This document shows, one piece after another, positions 12,791-25,496 of a stretch of DNA of 64,000 nucleotides. Positions within the stretch are counted from its first letter, which is position 1, and every line of letters begins with the position of its first letter. The position numbers were made by a program, and so were the translations under genes. Source of the DNA: Mytilus trossulus (taxonomy: Eukaryota); NCBI RefSeq assembly GCF_036588685.1, contig NC_086380.1, forward strand, positions 19,096,001-19,160,000. Reading direction: 5' to 3'. The notes beneath the pieces are model-generated. The model did no database searches, had not been told where the DNA came from, and worked only from the letters and a program-made list of their open reading frames with translations.

Positions 12791-15535
12791 TATAACAAAC
12801 CTAATATCTCGTCTGACAGAGCCTAACAAATCTTCTCTTTCCCTTATTGCTGATATATTAGCCTTAGTTTTATGGAACTCATGTGATTTAAAACAAACCT
12901 AATATCTCATCTGACAGAGCCTAACAAATCTTCTCTTTCCCTTATTGCTGATATATTAGCCTTAGTTTTATGAAACTCATGCGATTTAAAACAAACCTAA
13001 TATCTCGTCTGACAGAGCCTAACAAATCTTCTCTTTCCCTTATTGCTGATATATTAGCCTTAGTTTTATGAAACTCATGCGATTTAAAACAAACCTAATA
13101 TCTCGTCTGACAGAGCCTAACAAATCTTCTCTTTCCCTTATTGCTGATATATTAGCCTTAGTTTTATGGAACTCATGTGATTTAAAACAAACCTAATATC
13201 TCATCTGACAGAGCCTAACAAATCTTCTCTTTCCCTTATTGCTGATATATTAGCCTTAGTTTTATGAAACTCATGCGATTTAAAACAAACCTAATATCTC
13301 GTCTGACAGAGCCTAACAAATCTTCTCTTTCCCTTATTGCTGATATGTTAGCCTTAGTTTTATGAAACTCATGCTATTTAAAACAAACCTAATATCTCGT
13401 CTGACAGAGCCTAACAAATCTTCTCTTTCCCTTATTGCTGATATGTTAGCCTTAGTTTTATGAAACTCATGCGATTTAAAACAAACCTAATATCTCGTCT
13501 GACAGAGCCTAACAAATCTTCTCTTTCCCTTATTGCTGATATGTTAGCCTTAGTTTTATGAAACTCATGCGATTTAAAACAAACCTAATATCTCGTCTGA
13601 CAGAGCCTAACAAATCTTCTCTTTCCCTTATTGCTGATATGTTAGCCTTAGTTTTATGAAACTCATGCGATTTAAAACAAACCTAATATCTCGTCTGACA
13701 GAGCCTAACAAATCTTCTCTTTCCCTTATTGCTGATATGTTAGCCTTAGTTTTATGGAACTCATGTGAGTTATAACAAACCTAATATCTCGTCTGACAGA
13801 GCCTAACAAATCTTCTCTTTCCCTTATTGCTGATATATTAGCCTTAGTTTTATGGAACTCATGTGAGTTATAACAAACCTAATATCTCGTCTGACAGAGC
13901 CTAACAAATCTTCTCTTTCCCTTATTGCTGATATATTAGCCTTAGTTTTATGGAACTCATGTGAGTTATAACAAACCTAATATCTCGTCTGACAGAGCCT
14001 AACAAATCTTCTCTTTCCCTTATTGCTGATATATTAGCCTTAGTTTTATGGAACTCATGTGAGTTATAACAAACCTAATATCTCGTCTGACAGAGCCTAA
14101 CAAATCTTCTCTTTCCCTTATTGCTGATATATTAGCCTTAGTTTTATGGAACTCATGTGAGTTATAACAAACCTAATATCTCGTCTGACAGAGCCTAACA
14201 AATCTTCTCTTTCCCTTATTGCTGATATATTAGCCTTAGTTTTATGGAACTCATGTGAGTTATAACAAACCTAATATCTCGTCTGACAGAGCCTAACAAA
14301 TCTTCTCTTTCCCTTATTGCTGATATATTAGCCTTAGTTTTATGAAACTCATGCGATTTAAAACAAACCTAATATCTCGTCTGACAGAGCCTAACAAATC
14401 TTCTCTTTCCCTTATTGCTGATATATTAGCCTTAGTTTTATGAAACTCATGCGATTTAAAACAAACCTAATATCTCGTCTGACAGAGCCTAACAAATCTT
14501 CTCTTTCCCTTATTGCTGATATGTTAGCCTTAGTTTTATGAAACTCATGCGATTTAAAACAAACCTAATATCTCGTCTGACAGAGCCTAACAAATCTTCT
14601 CTTTCCCTTATTGCTGATATATTAGCCTTAGTTTTATGAAACTCATGCGATTTAAAACAAACCTAATATCTCGTCTGACAGAGCCTAACAAATCTTCTCT
14701 TTCCCTTATTGCTGATATGTTAGCCTTAGTTTTATGAAACTCGTGCGATTTAAAACAAACCTAATATCTCGTCTGACAGAGCCTAACAAATCTTCTCTTT
14801 CCCTTATTGCTGATATATTAGCCTTAGTTTTATGAAACTCATGCGATTTAAAACAAACCTAATATCTCGTCTGACAGAGCCTAACAAATCTTCTCTTTCC
14901 CTTATTGCTGATATATTAGCCTTAGTTTTATGAAACTCATGCGATTTAAAACAAACCTAATATCTCGTCTGACAGAGCCTAACAAATCTTCTCTTTCCCT
15001 TATTGCTGATATATTAGCCTTAGTTTTATGAAACTCATGCAATTTAAAACAAACCTAATATCTCGTCTGACAGAGCCTAACAAATCTTCTCTTTCCCTTA
15101 TTGCTGATATATTAGCCTTAGTTTTATGGAACTCATGAGAGTTATAACAAACCTAATATCTCGTCTGACAGAGCCTAACAAATCTTCTCTTTCCCTTATT
15201 GCTGATATATTAGCCTTAGTTTTATGGAACTCATGAGAGTTATAACAAACCTAATATCTCGTCTGACAGAGCCTAACAAATCTTCTCTTTCCCTTATTGC
15301 TGATATATTAGCCTTAGTTTTATGGAACTCATGAGAGTTATAACAAACCTAATATCTCGTCTGACAGAGCCTAACAAATCTTCTCTTTCCCTTATTGCTG
15401 ATATATTAGCCTTAGTTTTATGGAACTCATGAGAGTTATATCAAACCTAATATCTCGTCTGACAGAGCCTAACAAATCTTCTCTTTCCCTTATTGCTGAT
15501 ATGTTAGCCTTAGTTTTATGGAACTCATGAGAGTA
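12791..15535. repeat. 98-bp tandem array, 28 copies, derived from the 3' end of GOSR1 exon 4 plus its donor site
   Basis: Exact period of 98 (12801 + 27x98 = 15447); each unit encodes HEFHKTKANISAIREREDLLGSVRRDI followed by GTTTG. Confidence 0.97.
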
Positions 15536-15646
15536 ATCCTGTAGGATATCTCTGTGTCTCTGTAAAGTATGGAGTAGAGCAGCACTAGGGGAACTCATAC
15601 TGATATTCTGTGTGTAGTCAGACATTCTATCATTCACATCTTGTAA
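15447..15646 (-). CDS. GOSR1: GOSR1 exon 4
   Basis: LQDVNDRMSDY...LHTLQRHRDILQDYSHEFHKTKANI...RRDI; 200 nt; AG/GTTTGA. Confidence 0.93.
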
Positions 15647-15929
15647 CTGAAAAACAAAATTACTATTATAAATTTAAGAAGATGCCATATGATTGCCAAT
15701 GAGACAACTCTCCACCAGAGAACAAATGACAATTGTGACAATTATGTGCTACCCTATGGATTCAACAATGAGCAAAACAGCTATAAAAGATCTTCAATGA
15801 TGTTATTGTTTTTCTATTGTTTGGAATGTGCTTAAATAATGTGAAGCAGGATTCCTTCCAAATCCAGAGCACCTTAGATCTACTACAGATTTTGGTGGTT
15901 GCACATTCTTTAGCTTTCTATGTGTTAAT

Positions 15930-16375
15930 TAGTATACTGTTTGTCTCTATTTGATTGTTTTACATTTTTGATTGTAAGTATACTGTTTGTCTTATTTGAT
16001 TGTTTTACATTTTTGATTGTAAGTATACTGTTTGTCTTATTTGATTGTTTTACATTTTTGATTGTTAGTATACTGTTTGTCTTATTTGATTGTTTTACAT
16101 TTTTGATTGTCAGTTTACTGTTTGTCTTATTTGATAGTTTTACATTTTTTATTGTCAGTTTACTGTTTGTCTTATTTGATTGTTTTACATTTTTTATTGT
16201 CAGTTTACTGTTTGTCTTATTTGATTGTTTTACATTTTTTATTGTTAGTTTACTGTTTGTCTTATTTGATTGTTTTACATTTTTTATTGTCAGTTTACTG
16301 TTTGTCTTATTTGATTGTTTTACATTTTTGATTGTTAGTATACTGTTTGTCTTTATTTGATTGTTTTACATTTTT
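15930..16375. repeat. 45-bp minisatellite, about 10 copies, in GOSR1 intron 3
   Basis: Unit AGT(A/T)TACTGTTTGTCTTATTTGATTGTTTTACATTTTT(G/T)ATTGT(A/T/C). Confidence 0.92.
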
Positions 16376-16905
16376 TGTCATTGATGTTTGAATATTCCTT
16401 TGTTATTTTTTGTCTCTCTTGTCTTGCTTTGATATGAAATGGTTGGAAAAATGTACATTAAGAATTGGAAATATTTTTAACTGTGCTAATTCCCTCAAAA
16501 GTTTCCTCTAAACTCGCTTGCTTGAATTGGATTTTGGAACCAGTCAAATTTCTCCAAATGTCAGGGTTGATCTAGGGTTTATGGGAAGGTGGGCATATTT
16601 TCTATAATGATATAGATTGTGCAAGGAATAAGGATTTCTAAATATTTATTACAGTTTAATGCAAAACTTTGGTATTTTCCCCCCTCTTCATCCACCCTCA
16701 CTGAATTTTCCCACTGATCATGCTGAATTTTGAACTTTGTCTTTGGATAACATGATAAAGCTAACTCAATAAGATATTCAATAGTCCATTTAATGTTCAA
16801 TTTACAGAATTTTGCCTCAATCGCAAGTCTATCGAATTATTTTTAGATAAACAGACTTCTTACTATAGTTCCCACCTAGATCAACCACAAGTACTTGTAG
16901 GGGGC

Positions 16906-17256
16906 ACTTACCTTTGATAACAGCTGTTCAATCTCCATGGCCATTGTATCAAACATGTGCTCACTACTAAGATTTATTAATAAGGGGAGATAACTACTCA
17001 CCTTTGATAACAGCTGTTCAATCTCCATAGCCATTGTATCAAACATGTGCTCACTACTAGATTTATTAATAAGGGGAGATAACTACTCACCTTTGATAAC
17101 AGCTGTTCAATCTCCATGGCCATTGTATCAAACATGTGCTCACTACTAGATTTATTAATAAGGGGAGATAACTACTCACCTTTGATAACAGCTGTTCAAT
17201 CTCCATGGCCATTGTATCAAACATGTGCTCACTACTAGATTTATTAATAAGGGGAG
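16906..17256. repeat. 89-bp tandem array, 4 copies, derived from GOSR1 exon 3 plus its donor site
   Basis: Exon-end copies at 17180, 17091, 17002 and 16912; donors GTGAGT x3 and GTAAGT. Confidence 0.95.
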
Positions 17257-17264
17257 CTGACTCA
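17180..17264 (-). CDS. GOSR1: GOSR1 exon 3
   Basis: ESAPLINKSSSEHMFDTMAMEIEQLLSK; only this copy has a TTTTCAG acceptor. Confidence 0.92.
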
Positions 17265-18589
17265 CTGAAAATATATCAGTAAAAAAAATTTATATAAATC
17301 ATATTAATATTTACATTTATATATATATCTGAAAATTTCATATTGTAACAATTTTTCATAATGTTGAAATTAAAAATTAACTTTGAATACGATTGAAACT
17401 AAATAATCAACAAAATTTTAGTTTTAATTGTAAAGATATTAACATTCATAACATTCATCATGTTTAGCAATTAATACTTTTTGCAGAGAAAAAAAAAGAA
17501 ACACTAATGTACAATGTATTATATTGAATAAAAATTCCAGAAGTTGGAATGTGTCTTTTCATTTTGTAGTATAAAGATCACCATATTCTAGGACAAATTC
17601 ACATGAATTTCAGACAATGCTCACATAATCATGGAATTTCTATACCTATATAAGTGTACATACAATGTATATGTATATATATGTATATGATTACACAATG
17701 AAAGCAAGAAAAATCTTGTATACTTCCATCATACAGGCATTCATGACTCAAATTTGCTATACTGAAATGCAAGGTCTTACAACAAGCATGACAAGCAAAT
17801 ACATGTACCAAGGTATAATAACTTTAGTTTGGTATTATCATTCCATAAATGATTTTCCATAAATGATTTAGCCTGACATGAAGCTCTTAAAATGCACTTC
17901 ATTAGATTCATAAGCTATGATTGTATAATGTGTAACATATAATCATATAATAAATCCATAAAGACAGCAAATAAATATAAGACACAGATGAAGGGAGGAG
18001 TTAAAATTTTCTTTACCAGGAAAGTCAAAGGTCAAGTACATGTACGTGTATAATCATGACAATGCATCAGTGTAATCAAAATTGAAAGTCAATTCCCACA
18101 CCTTAGGCCAACACTACAGTGAACCCACACTTTTCTCTCAATTCTGTTAAGCAATCTTAATCATTAAAACTGTATTTTAATTTTTAAAAATCTATCATAT
18201 GCGTATAACATGTATAACAGAGTCAGCATTGTTCTCTTTTGAAGTCTGAATTTTAAAAATATGACCATCACCACTGTCAGAGAAATACTGAAGCTTTTAA
18301 TTCCAAGCTGAGGAAAGTAAATGAATGGACTACATCATATATGAATGAGTAAGCAGTTTCTCTAATTTTTAGCAATTGTGGTTCACTTGATCATGTTGAT
18401 CTCAATTCTTCATTGATCAAAAAGATTCATGATTTTTTTAAAAGTAATTGAAAATGAAATTGAGGACAACTAACAAACATGTATCATCTAAAAGCCATTA
18501 CTACGGCATTAGGAGAAACAGATGCAAAAGTGACCTGACTTCTGCATTCTATCTTATAATTGAAACATAAACTGTCTCTTGAGGATTAA

Positions 18590-19470
18590 CCCTTTCAACG
18601 CTACACAAAAAAATAGAAAAATGGCTGCTGCTGCTGCATTTTTTTTTAGTTCATTCATTAGAACAGTATTTTCCTTTTCAGACTGCTGTATCTTTTTTAT
18701 TATATGAGATACAGAGAAAGTTATTGCATGAAAAATGCTCAGGAGAGCATGAACTGTAATGATAGGCAATTATTTTACTAAAATTTTTATCAGGTTACCT
18801 GCGTTTTCAGGTAATTAACAGGTAAAAGGTGTAATTTATTACATTTGTGTTGAATTTTGAATAAAAACTACTTTTAGTCTTCATTTATTTTGTTGTTTTA
18901 TCTGCCATATTGTAAAGAAGACACCAATTGCCCGATTCAGTAGCGTATTGTACCATACATAACGTTTTATTTAATCGTGGCACAAATAAATAGCTCCGTG
19001 CTAAAAAATTTCAGTCAACCTGCGTTTTCCCCCCTTTTTCTACGTCTCGTATTGATCGATCAAATCATATTTCCCATACGAATTTAATGTAATAAACACA
19101 TTGAGATAACAAAAAAACTTTTAACTAATCCTTGTTGTTAGTTTCGCCAAGGAAATGCTGAAATTTTTCCATATTTACAGCTTCGTTTCCGATTTCCACC
19201 ATTTGCATTTGTCAAAATATTTGTTTTTATTTTCCTTCTATTTTCCTTCTACTGCATGATTTTACTATAAAAATTGTCGGGATTTCAAGCGCAAATGAGA
19301 CCTTGCATATCCTAGATTCAAACGATGAAAAATTAGAGAGAACCCGAATGAAAACCGAATGGTTTAAGAGTCCTTATGAAAAATCCTTTTTCATCGCAGC
19401 ATATGCCGCGAAAAGCAGTGGCGAACGGTGTACGTCATCGCGGCATATGTCGTGTATAGCGTTGAAAGGG
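18590..19470. mobile_element. piggyBac-like non-autonomous element (MITE)
   Basis: TTAA|CCCTTTCAACGCTA ... TAGCGTTGAAAGGG|TTAA. Confidence 0.85.
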
Positions 19471-20003
19471 TTAATATTGTATCATGTTTGCTCAGACTGT
19501 AGTAGAATCTATATCATGAATGTATATATATCATAGGTATGAATGTCATGAAAGTTGAATGAGTTGCCCATTATGTAAAATAGTATGAAGTTACCTTTTA
19601 GTTAAAGTGTGTTCCTCATTTGGTTTGCTAAATGATCATTACAAAATAAACCAATTAATCGTATGTACATTGCAATTATCATTTGTTAAAGTGAGGAGGG
19701 AAATATTAGAATGTCAGATTATGAAAATTTTACTTTGTATATTTAACCAGATTAATAGATTGAAGAAAAACAAGATAGAAATACCCTATTTGTATAATAA
19801 AAAAAAGAGTTGTTGTTTGTGCACTTTTATAGCACATGTTAGTTTATTCACCAAATCTAACAAAACAAACATTTGTAAGCATTTTGGTTAATATTGCCAG
19901 GATACATATGACTATAACATGTGTAGATATATATATATACATTTGTACATGTAAAACAAAATTATATATCTACATGTATAATCAAATATTACTTGATACA
20001 TAC

Positions 20004-20106
20004 TTTCCATAATCAATATGTGATGAATAATTTGTTCCTAGTTTACTGAAGGATACCAGCTTCAAATCAATCTCATTCTCTAACTGTCTGGCTTGTTTAC
20101 GTAAAT
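20004..20106 (-). CDS. GOSR1: GOSR1 exon 2
   Basis: (D)LRKQARQLENEIDLKLVSFSKLGTNYSSHIDYG; AG/GTATGT. Confidence 0.95.
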
Positions 20107-20687
20107 CTGAAATAAATATCTTTTCAGTTAAAAATCAATATTACAGTAAGTCATGAACTTTATAATATATTGTACCATGGAAAAATATCATAGGAAGACA
20201 TGTGAATTCAGCTTAAACTAAACAAGTTTTATAGTATGTACAGTAAAGTAGTCAATACAATTTTGTTTATCAAATCACCAATGCCATGTATACATTGTAC
20301 ATTTCTTTATTTTAACTCACATCAAAATCAGCTGATCAAAATGTTTTGCAAACTTAAGATCTTTAGACATGTTAGATATCAAAAAAGTTGTCTGATTTGT
20401 TATTTTACCAGTTTTATTCTATCCCTGATTAAGAAACTTTGACTTTAAATTTAAAGTTGGCAGTCACTTATATGCCAGGATACTAAAATAAATTTTTAAA
20501 GTTCTTTATATGGTTTCAGTTCTTATACATCATTGTGCATTCTTAACTTTCAAAGATTTAAATTTTTAGCATGTTTAGAGTTGCTGATGAAAGTCAGTCA
20601 AGAAAAAATCCCTGAAGGTATGTAGTGTTATATCTATTTTTTTAAGAGAATAATGATCATACATGTAGTGTGGATTCCTATAATCAT

Positions 20688-21890
20688 CAGTGTTCTAGCT
20701 AGGCCGTTTTCAGAGGGCGCGGCGCCCGCCCTTTTCCGAGTGGCGCCCTGTGCCCTTTTTACAGTTTCCAGGGCGCCCTGCCTTTTTTGAAGATCGATTG
20801 TATATTAATTTGTTCGTATTGATATGATACGCTAATTTCTAAATTTTACCTGGGGAAAATTTTATGACTTTGTTTATGACCCCAAGCTAATCAATAGTGT
20901 CATAATCTGTTGTTAAAGGTAATCCGCTTATTGGATGGGTCATTAATGATCATCAACATTAATTCGTTCAAATAGAATCGGTCAGTCTTTGAAGAAATGT
21001 GCATACAACAACTTGGGCACAATTTGCGATGTTTACCGTAGTTTCATGGAGGAAACGTAATGAAAGAAAGTTAGAAAACCATAATAAACTCGTTGAAGAC
21101 ATTGTTTTACTTGTTTTCTGTAAAATAAACAGAAAATGCAGACGTATTAGTCATTGACTGCCTTCATTTTTGTTACGAAAATAACAAAATCGACCGCCAT
21201 ATTGTGATCATATTTACGTACTGTTTATAATCCTCCAAAGAAGGAGCACACCTGAATAAAGAAAGATAACTCAATCTGATTTTTTTCCTAGCATTGAGTA
21301 ACCCATTTACATATTCTAAAATATGTCTCCATACTTCTTGCTTAAGAATATATATGTTTAGGTATTTATTTTGAGTTATGGGAAAAGTTAAAGAGGGTCT
21401 TAGTAGCAGTGTTGGTAGGGTGCCTTGGTCATCTTTTTCTGTATTCTTTATTTTTGATACTATTTTTCACTGTTGCTTTATATCCTAAAATTGTGAATTT
21501 ACTGAGCACAGCTGTTTTGTGCTGTATTGCCATTAAGCACATCAGGGGTAGAAAGGTGAAACTAGTAAAATGTGGTAGACCATAGAAACAGTATGAAACA
21601 GGTCTCCTTTCAAAACATACTGCATATAAAGTTCAACTGTGCCAAGCAATAATCAAAAAACTTGTGTGACAAGCTGCTTGACAAGTTTTTCAGCCTTAAA
21701 AGTAGAAAGATAGAGTTTTATATGGGCTAATGATGTTGTTCTTGTATAACCTGTGATTCAACGAATAAACACAAATGTTTGATTAACATCTTTTATTAAA
21801 ATATGCCCTTTTCATATTATCATATCGCGCGTTAAACGCCCTTTTTCAGGATTGGCACCCTGTCCTTTTGAAAACCTAGCTGGAACACTG
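20688..21890. mobile_element. Non-autonomous TIR element (hAT-like CAG termini), 5-bp flanking repeat ATCAT
   Basis: CAGTGTTCTAGCTAGG ... CCTAGCTGGAACACTG with subterminal GCGCCC motifs. Confidence 0.8.
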
Positions 21891-21983
21891 ATCATGATCA
21901 TAATAATGTGTAATGCATACATATACATGTACATGTGCTTTCCCTGTCAATACAAGATGTTTTACAGGTCGTGCATGTACTAT

Positions 21984-22464
21984 CAGAGTTCGCGAAAACC
22001 GTCGGTCCTGTCGGTCCTGACCGCCAAAATGAGGCTCGGACCAGTATGTTGTCCACTTGTGACGGTCCCGATGACCGATGCAAAAACGGCCGTTGCAGTG
22101 CCTATGTCGGCACGTTTTTTACATCGGTTATCAGATGGACCGTTTTTTCATTGGTCATTAGATGTACCTGCCGGTAATTTCCGGTACTGGTTTCCGATTT
22201 TTATTATAAACAAACCAACTGACCAAGGCGGCGAGCCACATGTGGCCTATCAAATTTGTTCAAGGAGCTGTTCCTGGCAAATGATCGGCGGTGGAACCTT
22301 ATATAATAAATACAGTTAATTTCCGTTGAAATAAGTTATTGATTTTATTTCAGGATAAAATTGACAGATTTTGTAGGACCAGCAAAAAATTTGTAGGACC
22401 GGCATATAATCTTGCTTTGTCAGTCCTATGACTGACGGATCAAAAAAAGTTTTCGCGAACTCTG
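21984..22464. mobile_element. MITE, 16-bp TIR, 6-bp TSD TACTAT
   Basis: TACTAT|CAGAGTTCGCGAAAAC ... GTTTTCGCGAACTCTG|TACTAT. Confidence 0.85.
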
Positions 22465-23814
22465 TACTATCATGACTATTCAGTAGGCAAATGTTTTTTG
22501 GGTTTTTTTTTAAGACCTTCCCAGCAATGTAATTTTGTTCTGCTCAGTTCTTACATGTACATGCATCTAATCAACAGAGAATCTATGCTTATAAATATAC
22601 AATGTACATGATATATGCATGTTAAATTTTATGTCAAAAGCAGCAGATGTGCATGATGACAAACGTTAGAATAATACTTAACATTTAATTAGAGTTTTTT
22701 TCATCCGTCAAGTCATGGGACTGACAAAGTGAGATTATATGTTAGTCCTACAAAATCATTCAATTTTATCATTTGAACTGGTGACAGAACATGCTGAAAA
22801 GTTCTGTGTGCATAATTAACATGTCATGAGTTTTGTTTAAGTCATCCCTATTGTTTTGCCAACTTGCAGGTCAGGTTTTCGTTCTCACTCGTATTGCTTC
22901 ATATATATTTGGCTTCATCTGAAGGTTCCACCACAAAAGTTTGCCAGGGACAGCTTCATGAACAATTTAGAAAGGCCACATGTACAAATGTAAGCTGGCC
23001 TAACAAAAGTTTGTCAGGAATGTCTTCAAGACCAATTTTGATAGAGTACATGTACATTTAGGAACTGCAAATTGTGGCTGATTTTCCATTAGTCATTGGG
23101 ATAGTCAGAGATTGCCCTGATGTTCAACGGCAGAAACTTGCATACATGAAGAGATATTTAAGAAAAATTAACAGATTGATGACCAATTTATATAATTCCA
23201 AGCCAAAAGACAGTCGGCCACCCCTAGAAGCAACGAAGTAGCGCATCTACATTGGATGGGCAAATATCCACTTTTTGATATGGGACAAGCTCTGCGGTCC
23301 CAGGGCCCAGCTTGTCTGGCAAAACAGCCATTGGACGTCAGAGTAATCTGGGACTATCATTGACACAGCCCAAAGCGATCAGAACTCTGGCCCTGTTTAC
23401 TGGAAAAAGTTCTCTATGCATTTTCAAAATTTGAATATTCTTTCAACTCTGTTCAGACAGCAGTCCTAAAGTAAACAAATTACTTAATTAGAGTGACCCC
23501 TACTTATAATCAGAACAACACTATATTTATGTAATGAATTCGTGCGATATGCCAATGTGTCAATTAGATTGTAAGTTCATACTGTTTTCTTAATAATAAG
23601 GTTCCATATGGTTTGGTTTAAATTATTAGGATTTATTTTTTAGCAGTCATGATAGGATGTAAACAACCAAACAAAGGGCACCGTGGAAAGGCCATTTGAA
23701 ATATTTCAGAAAAAATCATGACATCCTTATGTTCATTGAATGAATAATGTAAATTATGTATAGTGCTCGTCACAAATTATGCCATGGCACGATGAACTAC
23801 GCAAAATAATGCAC

Positions 23815-23842
23815 CTTCCCATAGGTTTCCCATATCTGCCAT
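23815..23842 (-). CDS. GOSR1: GOSR1 exon 1 (coding part)
   Basis: MADMGNLWE(D) joins exon 2 to give the conserved WEDLRKQAR; total CDS 726 nt = 241 aa. Confidence 0.85.
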
Positions 23843-23861
23843 TACTTCCACGGTGTCGTAA

Positions 23862-23871
23862 TCTCGCGAGA
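23862..23871. promoter_or_regulatory. TCTCGCGAGA palindrome (BANP/CGCG housekeeping promoter motif) upstream of GOSR1
   Basis: Perfect 10-bp palindrome about 20 nt upstream of the ATG; ETS-like CCGGAA near 23912. Confidence 0.65.
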
Positions 23872-24459
23872 ATTATGTTCGAATCAAAGACGGATTGACG
23901 ATGAGAAGAGTCCGGAAAGCAATACAAACCGTTAAAATTCAGAGTTAATTATAAAGACGTTGTTAATTGTACCAAGTCAGAAATATGACAGTTGTTATCC
24001 ATTCGTTTCATGTGTTTGGACTTTTGATTTTGCCTTTTGCTTTTTGATTTTCCTTTTTGAATTTTCCTCGGAGTTCAGTATTTTTGTGTTTTTACTTTTT
24101 AATTGATTAATTAGTTATTTATTCCCTTGTTTTAATATTTGAAAATCTTGTATTATCAGTTAATATTCTAAAAAAAAACCATTAAAAACATCCTGCAGAC
24201 AAAGCTTCAAACGCTATTCTGAAATCTTATGCATCATGTTGAATGTGGGCAGTATTTGGAAAAAAGATATATTTTTTTGAAATCCTATTATTGCAAGTGC
24301 CTTATCAAAGAATTGCCAATTTGGATAATCCCATGCACATGAACGCAACTTTTGATGAGTCTGAAATAAAGCATTCTACACCGAGGAACATGTGATTAGT
24401 AAACTAGACTTACTAAGGCTTTAACAACATTTATATAATTCGGAGATGGATTTTTCAAG

Positions 24460-24890
24460 CAGGTTGAAAACTTTCCTATGGAAACAAATTGTGCATCTCT
24501 CCTGAACAACATTGTCTTATGTGTCGGGAGTTCATTCAAACACTTGTAAAACACAAGCTGATCAATCAGTTATAATTTCACCTTCCGCAGGTATTCTGAT
24601 GGTGTTCTTTCCATTAACAATCCAAACTTTTCTGATTTTTATCCAATCACTATATCGTTCTGAACTAGAGAAATAACTGAACCACAGAGATACAGCTGCC
24701 TCCGTCTCTTGTCTATACAAGATACAGTTAACTCGAACAGGAACACTATATATATATAGATATACTGTTCCCAGACTCGAATTTGGTAACAGCGTTCATT
24801 TCAATACCAGCATATTTGACAATCGAGACGATTTCAATTTTTAAATAATAAATTGTACTCACCGTAACACTGTTACAGCTATATACCAAC
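24460..24890 (+). mobile_element. Highly degenerate Penelope-like RT fragment
   Basis: Remnants resembling PMGTNCA, FRYIDDVLSINNPNF and YDKRDDFNF across frames. Confidence 0.5.
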
Positions 24891-25184
24891 TTCACCCGGG
24901 TTGGCACTGACTTTTTTGGGGGAATCGGCACGTTTTTATGATGGTAATAATTGATGATTGATAAGTCCTAAATTACAAGGTAATTCCAAAAAGTTCCAGA
25001 CTATCTCTGGTGATGAAATCACGAACATATTATAGCTTGAGATCATACAAAAATGTAGACCTTTATTTATCAGTTGTAACTTTAACTTGCCTTACGCATT
25101 GTGTATAGGTTATTTCCATGACTGTATATATAGGTAGAAAACTGACCTCATGAATATACAAAGTCTGGTACAAGGCAAACATGC

Positions 25185-25496
25185 GACATATCTTGCACTC
25201 AATGGCCGGCAATGTTGTCTAAATTTTTTTGTCAGTGACAAAAAAAAAAAAAAGAGTCACTGAGGCCAGGGCTGGACTACGTGCATATGTTATCCCGTAA
25301 AAAATGTTGTGCAAAAACTTAAGGATTTTGCATAAATATAGTTATTACATATTGTTGATATAAAGATAGAGTGCTTGTTTTCTCAAACACTTCGAATTCA
25401 ACACGGTCGTCCGCGTAAAGCATTCTCGATCATACAAAAATACCCCCCAAAATCGGGACCATTTGCCAAAATTATAAATTAATATTTAAGAGGCTG
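25185..25496 (+). repeat. Left copy of the 312-bp direct repeat flanking the LINE (putative long TSD)
   Basis: Identical to 30588-30904 apart from A-run length (14 vs 19). Confidence 0.95.

Noticed and set aside
12791-15535. CRISPR-like array
   Set aside because: Contiguous near-identical units with no unique spacers, eukaryotic context, no cas genes
15941-16360. 139-aa hydrophobic repeat ORF (LFDCFTFLIVSILFV)n
   Set aside because: Translation of a stop-free 45-bp minisatellite on the antisense strand of an intron; non-ATG start
21852-22319. 155-aa ORF and overlapping ORFs
   Set aside because: Fall across GC-richer MITEs; no recognisable domain
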